Origin: Antedon mediterranea
Taxonomy: Eukaryota > Animalia > Echinodermata
Reading direction: 5' to 3'
Assembly (NCBI RefSeq): GCF_964355755.1
Contig: NC_092676.1
Location: forward strand, 22,214,871 to 22,278,870
Length of the DNA stretch: 64,000 nucleotides
This document shows, piece by piece, positions 40,701-52,765 of the stretch. The position numbers and the translations under genes were made by a program. Under the pieces are notes generated by a model, which was not told the DNA's origin, searched no databases, and worked only from the letters and a program-made list of their open reading frames with translations. The stretch's first letter is position 1. Each line of letters starts with the position of its first letter.

Positions 40701-43700
40701 TAAACATCTGTTTGATCTTCCAGTGGTCACTGTAAGTCCATACATATTACAAAAATATGCCAACAGTGCTATCCCCTTCCTTGCCAAACTTCTTAATGAT
40801 AACTGTATACAATTCCCGTTTTTGACGATCATCTTATGCAATTTCTCTTTCGCTCTCGCAAGTTGTTTTGCCTTGACTCAGCATTTGGTTTTTTGTTTAT
40901 TTTCCATTGTTTATATTTTGATATTTTAATGTTTTTGATATTTCTTCTGTATTTTTATATTATTGTTAATATTGTTGTACAGTAATTCAGCTTGTGCTGC
41001 AATCACGATATTTTTTAATAAATGAATTTTTTTTTTAAATATCGAACTTTCTAAAAACCGAAAACTCTCCCAATACAATACTAGACCTTTCTAGAGTTCA
41101 AGCAAAAGGTCCAAAATATTTTTTTACCAATAAACACATTCCAAAATCTAGTCTTTTGAGTGATTGTGCTAAACCCCCTGTTAAAATATTATATACAGTA
41201 ATAAATTTGGTATTTTGTTTTTATAGCCTGGATGGGTATTAAGGTCATTACAATGTGGGGTGAAGTTACCATTTTCAGCCTTCTCACCAGAGGTCAGTCA
41301 ACTCTTTACAGGAGTGGTAGCCACACCGTCAAAGGTAATTTTAGTATAATTCATCCCAAAATATGCATGAAGGTTTGGGGAGGGCAAAGAAATAACTATG
41401 TGATTTCATACTGTTGTTTTTCGTATAAAAGTATTTTATTTCCAGTTTATACCTTTTTTTCTCCCCTTATTTCTTAGAGATACTTAAAAAGCAACATTTA
41501 CAAACAATTCTTTAATTAAATAAAAAAAATGAAAATTGAATAATTCATGCTACAATATACATACACTACTACAGTACTGTATATTGACAATATTTTTTAT
41601 TTATCAATTTTTTGATTTGTAGTAAGTGCATCTATGGTTTTAGAATACGAGTTTTGAATAGTGAAAATGATTTTGTTAGGAGTACCATGAACTGTCTGTT
41701 TACTGATCTTCAAATCTCTTCACTAAATGGGAGAAATCCTATTTTAGTGTGATTTTCCATTTTGTATTGATTGTTTTATTCTGAAATAAAGTGTTCAATC
41801 AATTAATAACTTGTTATCTTCAGATACCCAAGGATGACTTGAACTCACTATGGGCAATGATAACTTTCTATGGCGGTCGATGCCAACAACAGTTGAACAA
41901 GTCTACCACTCATTTGATGGTACTCAAACCGGAAGGGGTAAAATTACTCTTTATCATATTTCTTTTTGCTGTAAGACAATAAATACTATAGCAAAATACA
42001 GTAAACCCTATTAAAGTAACACCTGTGGGACCTAATAAAGTGTCCGTTAAATAGCAGAGTCCCCTGAATAGGGGTTAGCCATATTTTTGAACCACATCAA
42101 TTGTTCTTTTCAGGGTATCCCAAGTAGAGGTGTCTGGTTCTTCTGTAATATTTTTTATAAACTCACCATATTAAATAATTATAGGTACCTATAATTGATC
42201 ATGAAAATATACTAGGGCAGTTATCTACAGACTGGAAACAAATTTGTTTAGAGTATTTGTTTTTTTTAGTAGGTTATTTGTATTTTTGGGTTTTGCCTCT
42301 CTCATTTTAATTAATTTATTGTTAAGTAAGCTTACATGAATGAGAAATGGAAAATAATTTGAAACATTTTTACTTTTGTTTCCAAGAACAAATATGTCCA
42401 TTCACTGGAACACACTGCTATCAAAATCGTAATGCCAGATTGGGTTACAGATTGTATTGGCAATAAAAAGATTATTGATGAAGAGATATATCACCCAAGA
42501 CTTCTTCTTGAAGAAGAGATGAAGGAACCAGAAGTAGTCGAAGAGCTCGAAAAGGAAGAAGTAATCGCACCAGTTGCTGTACCGGAAAAGAAAGCGCCCT
42601 TGTTTCACATATCAAAACCTTGGAACATTGAAAAACTGGAACCGCTTGAGCCGGTTAAAAAACAGAAAACAAAAACCAGAACGAAGCCAAAAACAGAACG
42701 TAAAAAGACTCCTAAATCTCCCAGGGCGGTTGCAAGCTTAGAAAACGCATCATCACCACGGACATTGCGTAACATTACAAATAACACAGGTTTTATGCAA
42801 TCGCCAATACAAGACCTTGATCCAAGGCAGCTTGCTGAGGTCTTGAGCAGACTTGGGGGTCAGCAAAACCCAGCGCACATGGTAAGCTTCAATGCTATCC
42901 CTGGACAGCCTGTACAGCAGCCAACACAGCCACATTTTTTTGGCCATGATCCCACTGTAACATGTAAGTAAATTCTATAAATCTACTCTAGTCTCAAAGT
43001 CAATTGAGATCATCAACAATATAGGCCTGAAATAAATAGATTACACAGGACGGTGTGTCAGTACCAGCGTTGTGTATGGTGGTGTACACCCCAGTGAGTG
43101 CTAGGCGATGTTACTGAAATGACCATTGTTTATTCTTTATATACTTATATTGTTTTTACTTTACAGGTATACTTGCTGAATTGCTGTATTAGGCAGTTTC
43201 AGTGTAGCAGCTGCCATGTTGGAGAAAAGCATTCTAAATGCATCAAGTGCATTGTTTTAATGATTTAAATGTTTATTTTATAGTAACTCCTGATTGCTGC
43301 CTGCTTGGTTGCATATTTTTAGTAATTGAATACCCAGAACTAATAGGGAAGGAGTACACAGAGACATGGAAAAAGGTAAAACAAAAATTGTGTCATTTAG
43401 TAAAATAGATTCCACTATATACTAAACCTAAAAGTTCAGTCAAACTGGCACTTAATGTGTTCACATTAACCTTGAATTATTAAAAGTAGAGAATAAACAT
43501 CATATAGTACATTAACAGCAGTACTGTAGGCGACCAACTCTAGCACATACTGTATTTAACCTCAACACAATTTTGTCCCTGGGGTAATTCTGTATGGATA
43601 GAAGTTAATGTGTTTTTGTTAATCTGGTTGTGTTATTATGATTTATTTAGGTTAAAAAACTTACAAGTAAAAAACGTTCTGTGATGTTTTTTATTTATCT

Positions 43701-46700
43701 ATTTTTTCAGGTTATCCGTGAACACGGGGGAATAGTTGATGATTGTTATTCCGATCGCATTACTCATGTTTTATGTGATACTCAAATGACAGATATTTTT
43801 AAATTAGTAAGGTTTTTCTTTTTTTTTTTATATTTTCATTTAAATCACCACATATAAACGTCTTATTATGTATCTCCTTTTATTTTGTTACTATGTCATT
43901 GAAAGTAAATAAATGTTTAAATGCAAAAAAAAAAACAGCCACTAAACCACAAAATGACGTTCAAGAAAATAATTTGTATTATTATAAGAACTTTTTTTAA
44001 GAGAATATAAGAATATAGCTACATATGTACATGTTGTTTAATTTATTTTTAGGCTGTGAAGGATAGTAAGCGATGTGTAACAGCCAACTGGTTGAATGAT
44101 TGCTTAAATCGCAAGAAAATGCTGCCTCCGTGGAAAGCCATTCATTTCCCTGTCTACGCCTACCCAATGCCAACTACTGTGTGTAAGGACCAGGTAAGCA
44201 GTAACGTAGAACCTCTATTATAGGACCAGTGTTGTTGTCCTGTCATGAGGAAATGTCCCGAATTATCAAAATCAAAACCATAAACTTTAAGAAAGTCTTT
44301 ATTTAAGAATTTCTGATATTCTAAATGTAGTATGTATATAGTATGTATCACAAGATAAAATGATTCTATTAGTATAGAAGTAGTGAATGCTTTTGAGTGG
44401 AATAGATAGAATATTTTTATAAGTTGAAAGATGTACTGGTCTATTTAGTGAGGTAGAATCAAAGCTAGGCGCTAGGCCCATCGACTTACTGATGGCGATC
44501 AGAATTTGACTGCAGAGTAGAGCCATTATAGATGAGCACACTAAAGGTTTCTTTTTCAAATATTATATATCTACAGGTTGTGGCCATTACTGGTTTTGAA
44601 GGAAAGGATCGAATTGATGTGAAGACAATGTTAGAGGTTGCAGGCGCCAAGTATACAGGATTCTTTAGCAGAGCAAACACTCTACTTTTATGTAACAGGT
44701 AAAATTGTAAACTCTCACAAAAATTAACTATATTAGAAGGGATGTATTGTGGAATAGGATTGTGGATATTGTCATTCATCCGGGTAGTTATAAAAACAAA
44801 AGAAATCTAGTCAACTGGACTTGTTGATAGTTACAGTGATGTTCCATGACCTATCCCCAGATGTTTTATTAATAGCTCCTCAACCCCGTCATGGGTCACA
44901 GACCAATCGCCACTATACCATAATTCAGCCTGAAAGTAAGTCTAGTTGACTAAATTGATTATTCTAGATTGGAAATAATGTTTATGGTTAAGGACAGGTT
45001 AATAGTGAACACCCCTATTAAGTTCACATTTAACTGATATTAAAATTATATGCCGTCTATTTGTTTAGATAACAAAAAAGAAAACTTTACAATTTGATAA
45101 ATTTTTGTTCAAAAAGAACCCTATTTGAATGACACTTGAATGCATTTTAAAGTATAAATTCAAATTTACTTAAGTTATGTGTTTGTTATAAAACATTTTA
45201 AATTATATTGCTCTGTTAATAAGCTCCATATGGACAGTGTTAACATTAATTCAAGGTCTGACCTTAGCTTTGAAAATAATTAGCCTCATGGGACAGTTAT
45301 CAAATTATGATATATTTTTTTTAAACCATATAATTGGATAGCTAATGTACTTTTTTTCAGCATAAACTAAACCAACCAATGACTTATTGATAAGAATTTT
45401 TCTATTAATGTTACCAAGAATATTCATATTAAGATAAAAATGTTAAATGTATATTACTGGTCCTCAAGTTTAACTAGAAACTGAGGAAATTCGGATTAGG
45501 CCCTCCACAGACCCACGGCAGCCAGCAGTGCAGCGCCTACCAGATCAGCACACCGGGAGACGATCCCCTACTCTTTTCGAATAGTGTACCAAATTCTTTA
45601 ACGTGCTGTGTTAAGTACAGTACACGGGACCAACGGCTTTACATCCCATCCGAAGGATGAGGCAATGAGAGTAAAGCATCTTGCCTAAGGATGCAATTAG
45701 TATGGTACAGATAAACTCGAACAAATGCCTATCACATGCTAGTCGGATATTACCATTACACCATCACTCTTTGATGTATATACAGCACCCACCGCGATTT
45801 CTAGACGGTATCCCATGCAGAACGCAACCGGGCCCAACGTTGCTTAACTTCGGTGATCTGAAGAGAACCGGTGTTTCAACGCAGTATGGCCGTATTAAAT
45901 TATTAGATGAGATATTAATTCACAGATTGGAAGGAGAGAAATTTGGAAAGGCACGGGAGTGGCGCATACCCTTCGTGAATCTACAATGGTTAAGTGACTT
46001 GATCCTGGGTCGAGTGGAAGGAGTCCGGAACTACGCATCACCCCGATATCAACAGTATGATTTAGAAGATCCATTTAGGATTGATTCCTACCAAAATATT
46101 CATTTACTGCGTAAGTATTCATTTAATACACGGTATCAGTGGCTGAATTTCAATGGAAGTACACTATGAAATAAGCAAAGAGCTAAATCAAAATGATGCA
46201 GTAAAACAGCCATCAGGTTAGGATTAATACATAAGTATATCAACTCTGTGATGAAAAAGTACTCAAGTACAGCCTGAGGACTTCTTTTCCGGCTGCAATT
46301 GTAGTAGTTAATATTTGAATACATAAACATTTACTTTGCTTTATTAATTTACTACTGAATTATATAATATTTTATTGTATCCATATCAGACAGACAAATG
46401 TTATACTTTCATTTTTCGCAGAACCCTGGATGGTTCCACTGAAGATATCTCCTGCAGCACGAAAGGTAGAAAATACTGTTTATATTATAATTTTAAGGTG
46501 TTTTAAAATCTTACAGAAATGATATATTTACAAACTAAAAAACATGAAAAAAAGTAGCAATGGTACCAATTTTGGATTTTTGTTTTACTTTGATTTTTCT
46601 TTTATTTTTGAAGGACTTTATTGCTAGCCATGCATCACAAGGTGATAAGAGAAAACATGAGCCCACTAGCCCTGTCGGATCAGCAGCTAAAAAACAAAGG

Positions 46701-49700
46701 TAATCCATTCCTCTTTCTCTCTTCCAAAACCTTTACCCTAATTTTTTATTCCTTTTTCACTAGTTTCAACCACAAATAACAAATTTAGAGAATTTTGAAT
46801 TGATTTTTACATTACAAAATACTTTATATTTATAAATTATATTTTACAGGAAAGAAGGTGAAGACTGGGACTGTACAATCACCATCGACCCTCACAGAGC
46901 GCCACCAAAAGTTCTATTTACTGGAATCGAACCAAAGATCGTCAAAGAATTAACAAGAGTAATGATGATAATTAATTTAATACACAGAATTTAAATCTGC
47001 AACTTCTTTCTGGCTGTTTTAATCGTTCATTATTCACTTTTTAATTTATATATCCATTGATATACCAACAGCATTGCAATTATTTTAGTAATTTGCCGTT
47101 TGATTTGTTAAATGAAATGCATATATTTATTTATAAAAATCTGCACAAAGCAATTCTACAGATATGCTATCTTCTTTAAAACTATTGCTTTCCAATGAGC
47201 ATCCAATATAAAAGGATCTATTTTCATCTCCTCCCAAAAGATGCCACACCTTTATTTGATTTTTTTTCCTATTCATTGAATAATTATTCCATGGTTTGAT
47301 TTTCTTTCAGAAATTAGAGAGGTTAGGTGGTCAGGTGGCAGACTCTATTCAAACGTGTACCCACTTAGTAGCAGCTAAAGTGAGCAGGACTGTTAAATTC
47401 CTATCTGGAGTCTCTGTCTGTGGTCATATAATTTCTCCAGCCTGGTTGGAAGAAAGCTACAAAAGCAGATATATTTTAGGTTAGTTATTCCTTTCAGTCA
47501 GTCATTAAACTGAATAGATCCCTAATCTATATTGTGTCAAACGTATCATCTAAAGCTCTATCAAAGTAGTTCGAAAAAAAGTGAGATGTGCCTAAATATG
47601 TCAGTGATATGCTCAAATATGGTAGTGATATGACATCATGTCCATATATGGGCACATCACATTTTTTGTCAACCTAGTTTGATAGTGTAGACAGAGTTTA
47701 AAACTTCTTTAACATCAAACTCTGCAGTAATATTTTTTAGGAATCCTGGAGAACCTCTTTGGTCGGCTACCTAGTAACTAAAAGTTGTTAATTAAAATAC
47801 CGCCCTCTATTCTGTTTGTTTACATCACAACAATCATTTTAATTTATGATTTTTTATATTACTTTTAAAAATTAATATGTTTTTTTATACCTGCTATATA
47901 TTTTGTACAAATATTTAAAGTATTTTACAATAAAACTAAAACTATGATTGATCATGCGACCTTTTAACCTTTACAATCGCATTTTTTTCAATTTGTTCAT
48001 ATGTGGTTTTTTTTTAAGATGAAACAAATTTTGTACTGGCTGACAAAGAAGCAGAGGTGACGTTTAATTTCAATTTAAAGGAATCAATGATGCGATCAAA
48101 GCATTGTAAATTGTTTCAAGTAAGTAACAAATAAAGTATTTTACATACATACGACATACTTTATTATCTCCATAAAAAGAAATTACAGTAGCTTGCAAAA
48201 CAACATATACATACAAAAAAGATCAGACTACCCCACAAGTTACCTTTTATGATCTTCATTTAAGAAAACAATACCCTTGACTACAAAAGAATCACGGTAT
48301 CTGTTGGTGGTAAAAGCAGGAACTCTCATACGTCCACTTCTGGGAATATAATGCCTGACAATCACATCATAGAGAGGATGAGTCATTATATGACAAAACA
48401 TAGGCTAGTTTATTGATAATAAAAACATGGAGTGGTTTTTTTTTTACATAAAAAAGACCAGACTGTTTACATAAAACACATTTATGTTTTGTGCAGAATT
48501 TAATCTTCTATCTCACCCCTGGAGTGAAACCTGGAATCGATATGATGCGGGACATCATAGAGAGTGCAGGAGGGCGGGTTTTAATCAGTCGTCCATCGCT
48601 GAAGAACATCATGGTCATTCGGAAGAACATTGCATCTACTGCTTTCATAGTCGTGACGTGTGATAATGATCTCCCGTCCTGTAGAGATCTGTTTAATGAC
48701 CACATAGGTAAGAATTAAACATTGTTTCTCTGGGCTCTAGATATTGATAAGAGATTAGAAAACATACTAATACTGTTTATATTTATAATAAATTCATGTA
48801 TTGGTTAATAAGTGAAAGATTGAGTTGGTACCGCATTTACTATGGGAAAAACATAAAAATACTAAAACATTTTTACATGAAAAATACCAACATAAATGTT
48901 TAAAATTTTGTCTTTTGAGAATTTATTTTGAAGTTGAATTGCCAGAAAGTCCTTTTTATTTATCGGTGTTGTATTTTCACATGTGACAATATTTATCCAG
49001 TATCATAGCCTAATTTCATAATACGGCATCTGATGTGTGTCACATGTGGTTTCTGTATCATGAAAGGTTAGGGTATGTTTAGTCATGTGATACACATGTG
49101 ATGATATTACTCATTCTGGGCAAACAGTACCCAGAATCACTTGATTTACTTGATGTTGAGACTTAAAAAGCCGTAGCTTTTGTGTCCCTCGATATGTTTC
49201 TATATATTATTATCTTGTCCAGTGTACACAACTTGCTCGTGTGCACTTTAAAGAACCTAGTACATCTTTCGAGACGAGTAGGGGGTTACCCCGGTGTATT
49301 AGTACATCACAGCCACTGATCACCAACTGGGCCCTCTGGGAGATCAGTCTTTGACTGAAGAGGTCACCCAGTATAAAGATAAAACAAACAAACAATACTA
49401 TAGGGGGCAAACTTGCAGAAAGAAGTAGACAAGTTTTTTTCAGCCTTGACTTGAATTGGTTGATGTCCCGCATCATATCGATTCCAGTTATTAATTATTA
49501 ATTTTTTTTACAGAAATCCACAATGCAGAGTTCATTTTAACTGGAGTACTGAAGCAGCAGTTGGATTTTAACTCATATCCTTTTTAAAGTAATTGCAAAA
49601 ACAATATTTATTAGTTTTTCACGTATTAAGATTGCCAAGTATCTTTTTTATTACTATGTTTCAATATTTATGTTAGCTGTTCTTCAAAATTGCATCTTGT

Positions 49701-50467
49701 TACTTGGCCAGCAAAAAGGTACATATTTAATTGTGCTCGTGAATTTTATTAAATTGGTTACTTAACCACAGATGTGTACACTAGACTTTCAGTTTTAAGT
49801 CCTCCTGTTTTGTTCATCTAGTGAGTGGCCGAGCGGTTAAGACAGTGGTACCGTAATATGTAGCTTTAACATCGACGAGGGTTCGAAGCTTACTTTTCGT
49901 AAAAGGTCTATAAACCATAGGTCCAGTGTACACATCTAGCACCTGTGCACTTTAAAGAACCTAGTACATCTTTCGAGTCAAGTAAGGGGTTCTCCCAGTA
50001 TACTGGTTTACACACAGCCACTGTCACACATAACCACTCATCATACCTTGGCCCTCTGGGAGACCAGTCTTTGACTGAAGAGGCCACCCAGTATAAAGAA
50101 AAAGTAGTAAATAAGTCCTTATACAAGAGGACTGGTTCTCTCACCCGAACTATGGTCGAGTATGATGAAAATATATACAGATATTTATTTAGATATATTT
50201 CCTCCATGGGTTGAGGAGAGGCTTGAACCTGTGCCGATTTTGTGGCTATTATGCATTAAGGGTCTTTCTCACCTGTTCCAGCATGTTGTGATGTGGCTAT
50301 GCGCATATTGATTGGCATCCGTGTGGATTGAAAACTATTTTCCGGACCGGAACTGTGTTGGAACAGGTGTGAAAGACCCTTTAACAGATTCAACTAGAAT
50401 TAAATTTGTATGTAATATTTATCCTTAACATATAATTACATTTAAATACTATGGCAAGGTTGGTTGA
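34725..50467 (+). CDS. PAXIP1: PAX-interacting protein 1 (PTIP), multi-BRCT protein
   Basis: Exons ~34725-34817, 40588-40731, 41227-41334, 41824-41937 ([10 protein letters not shown]), 42387-42964, 43283-43375, 43711-43806, 44053-44193 (PPWKAIHFP), 44577-44698, 45926-46110 (KAREWRIP), 46421-46465, 46615-46699, 46850-46958, 47311-47479 (SRTVKFL), 48019-48120, 48497-48707, 49514-49574 (AEFILTGVL), 50440-50467. Confidence 0.93.
35361..38097 (+). CDS. Truncated Academ-like transposase N-terminal region, 7 exons, ~477 aa, nested in PAXIP1 intron
   Basis: Exons 35361-35666, 35989-36223, 36557-36716, 36877-37047, 37178-37246, 37361-37557, 37802-38097 join in frame via GT-AG. Motifs [44 protein letters not shown]. 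Confidence 0.72.
38388..38672. repeat. AT-rich minisatellite (AACCATGAGAATATAA..., ~25-30-bp unit) inside the Academ element
   Basis: About ten imperfect tandem copies are visible. Confidence 0.9.
39538..40287. mobile_element. Second Ginger-like element, inverted relative to 33568-34384
   Basis: Same TIRs. ~39860-40287 is the reverse complement of ~33568-33990. Flanks are TGTA / CATA. Confidence 0.78.
45481..45772 (-). mobile_element. tRNA-headed Deu/Nin-domain SINE
   Basis: Minus strand: TGGTGTAATGG (A box), GTTCGAGT (B box), CATCCTTAGGCAAGATGCTTTAC, then CCTTCGGATGGGATGTAAAGCCGTTGGTCCC...CACGTTAAAGAA (Deu-like). Confidence 0.7.
45781..45894 (-). pseudogene. 5S rRNA-derived sequence (pseudogene or SINE head)
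   Basis: Minus strand TACGGCCATACTGCGTTGAAACACCGGTTCTCTTCAGATCACCGAAGTTAAGCAACGTTGGGCCCGGTT...GGTGCTGTA matches animal 5S rRNA. The 3' half is diverged and has no oligo-T terminator. Confidence 0.85.
49218..49395 (+). mobile_element. 5'-truncated SINE copy
   Basis: Highly similar to 49921-50098 (GTGCACTTTAAAGAACCTAGTACATCTTTCGAG...GCCCTCTGGGAGA...CACCCAGTATAAAG), with an (AAAC)n tail. Confidence 0.75.
49821..50105 (+). mobile_element. tRNA-derived SINE inside the U12 intron
   Basis: A box TGGCCGAGCGG and B box GGTTCGAAG. The head is homologous to the SINE at 1697-2006. Confidence 0.75.
50259..50380. mobile_element. Short PIF/Harbinger-like MITE
   Basis: TIRs AGGGTCTTTCTCACCTGTTCCA / TGGAACAGGTGTGAAAGACCCT with TTA TSD on both sides. 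Confidence 0.75.
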
Positions 50468-52765
50468 CATCATACTTTCAGATTGGTCTAGCTACTGTGA
50501 TACTTGGAATTTTCAAGAGGTATTGACCAATTTATGGTGACAGAAATGATGAAGAAGAAGACCCCTTTTCAAAGTTGGCTCATTCAAAGTTGCCCCTTTG
50601 CAGAGTGTCAGGCTTGACTGGATCCCAAATTTACCAGTGGGCTAAACCCAACTACAGTATTATATTAACAATAATGTTGTACTATACATATTCCATGTGA
50701 ATTATATTTTTCACATACTTAAGCCGACAACGCCAAAACATGGTTTGACTTTTTTAACTGAGTTGACTCAAAAAGCATAGAGACAATTCAGTATATTGTT
50801 AGCATTGGTGTTAATTTGTTCCATGAATAATAATTATTAAAATAAAAATTAAATAATATATTAATTATTAAATATTTAACGTACACATTTTATAATAATA
50901 ATTTGACATATTTTTAGTGTTTAACTCAAGCTGAAAATATTGTTTTAAAATGTAAATTATTGCTGAGCAATTACCATTGTTTTTAAAGTTGATTGGTTGA
51001 TACACAAATAACATTATTATAACATATGTGTGCATAAACAATTATTGTATATAATTATAACTATGTTAACTAATTTGTAAATATAGATTTGGATACGTTT
51101 GTTTAAATCATTTGAGTTCAACCTCAACATTTTCCATGTAATTTGATTGGTCGATTTTGTATCGCTTGTCACGGATTATTCTCTCCCGTTTTAACGGTCA
51201 AACAGAAGCTGCAGCAGATCGTTTGCACTGACGTCACACTTTCTCATAGTACTTAGTGAGGCACCATCTTGGTGGGAAGTCCAAACGATCAACAACTGCT
51301 CACTCCGCTACCAAACCTGAGCGCCTCATTTTCCAAGGCTTTGACGATAGATCTGACGTAACCAATGGCCCAGATCCGTTTTTAATAATGAGGGAACGTA
51401 TAAAAATGAAATACTTTGCGAGCATGGGCCAGGGGAGCCGATCGTGACCCAGGGGGCGAAGCCCGTCTCTTTGAATAATTAAGATTAATCGATTTCTGAG
51501 CACATAAAAATTCCGCCTGGAAGAATACAATTGTTTTGTGTTACGCACTTTTTAGGCACTGGTACTGATGCGCCACTGGTTATTTTCACGCAAAATCTAT
51601 TCTTCTTAAATACTGTATCTGAAATTACATACGATACCTCATGCGTGTCATAGAAGTGTTACTTTCTATTTCATTTCAACCATTTAATGATGTTGCTGTT
51701 GAAAAGCGACTGGGACAACTCTCCACAAAACAATGTATCGGGGGGGGGGGGCATGAAAACTCTATGTTATTTTTTTTTTTTACGCTTCCCTCTGCACAGC
51801 ATTGTTTTTCATCGATGTCTTCCGTTTTGTCATAGAGATACTATAATATCTCTATGGTTTCGTGGAAAAGGCGTATCCTTCGACATTAATGTCGTTGCAA
51901 GTCTTCCTTTTTTTAAATCATATGCTACAGTGATGAACTTTTACAGTAGAATTTTGTCCACATTAAGGAATTACGAATTGGTAAGTAACTTTGCTAACCT
52001 GAATCGATTTTTTATGATTGAGATGAATAGATTATTAAATATAAGGTCCTGTTTCTGTTGCATAAAAATAACCGGTTAAAACAATGTGAAAAATTAAACC
52101 CACTTTCTTGGAAACAGAAACAGGACAATTTTTTAGTAACCGGTTAAATGGCAGCGCAAAATAACGGTTAAAACACTCATTCAATTATAAAAAAAAAATA
52201 ATAATTTTTATTGACAGCTGCTAACTTTGTCACTAGGCCTACACTGCAGTAACGTTTGAATTAACCGCTAGGACCAATTTCATTTTGGAGCAAAAATTGA
52301 ACAGAAATGCAGTCATTTTCAAATTAAGGGTTTATTCGGCTCTATGCAGCAGAAACCGACCCCAATTTTGAATGATAATACACGTCTGGTTAATAAAACC
52401 AGCTTTGCGTGAAAGGCAATTCATTTTTATGAATGTTATATATATATAATTTAGAACTGACATAATAGATTAATTGTATAGAAAATTGTCTTGCGGAACG
52501 TTTTTTTGTTATGTTCATCATAGGCTTACTCACCACATAACCGCTCTACTGGACAAAAGGTGTTGGGATTGGATTTTAGTGAGATTCGTATGTTATTTGT
52601 ATACAGTAAGGAGGTAAGTTAAAATGCACATGTAATTAGAAAAATGTATAAATATGCCTACAAACTAAGTTCTTCTATTTTATTGTTAGCATAACATTAT
52701 CGTGATTTAATGGTTTCACATACTGTATCTGTTTTATTTTAGATGCGTCATATTTTCTAAAAGTC

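Larger units (their letters stand above)
49575..50439 (+). other. U12-type AT-AC intron (last PAXIP1 intron)
   Basis: 5' site ATATCCTTT at 49575, branch TCCTTAAC at 50422-50429, AC at 50438-50439. Splicing gives ...[13 protein letters not shown]. Confidence 0.85.

Noticed and set aside
45781-45894. Functional 5S rRNA gene
   Set aside because: It is a single intronic copy with a diverged box C region, missing terminal bases and no terminator, so it was treated as a pseudogene or SINE head.
49821-49890. Stand-alone tRNA gene (also ~1915-2000, ~17150-17220, ~26170-26230)
   Set aside because: There is no intact cloverleaf, and each is followed by a shared SINE body and tail.
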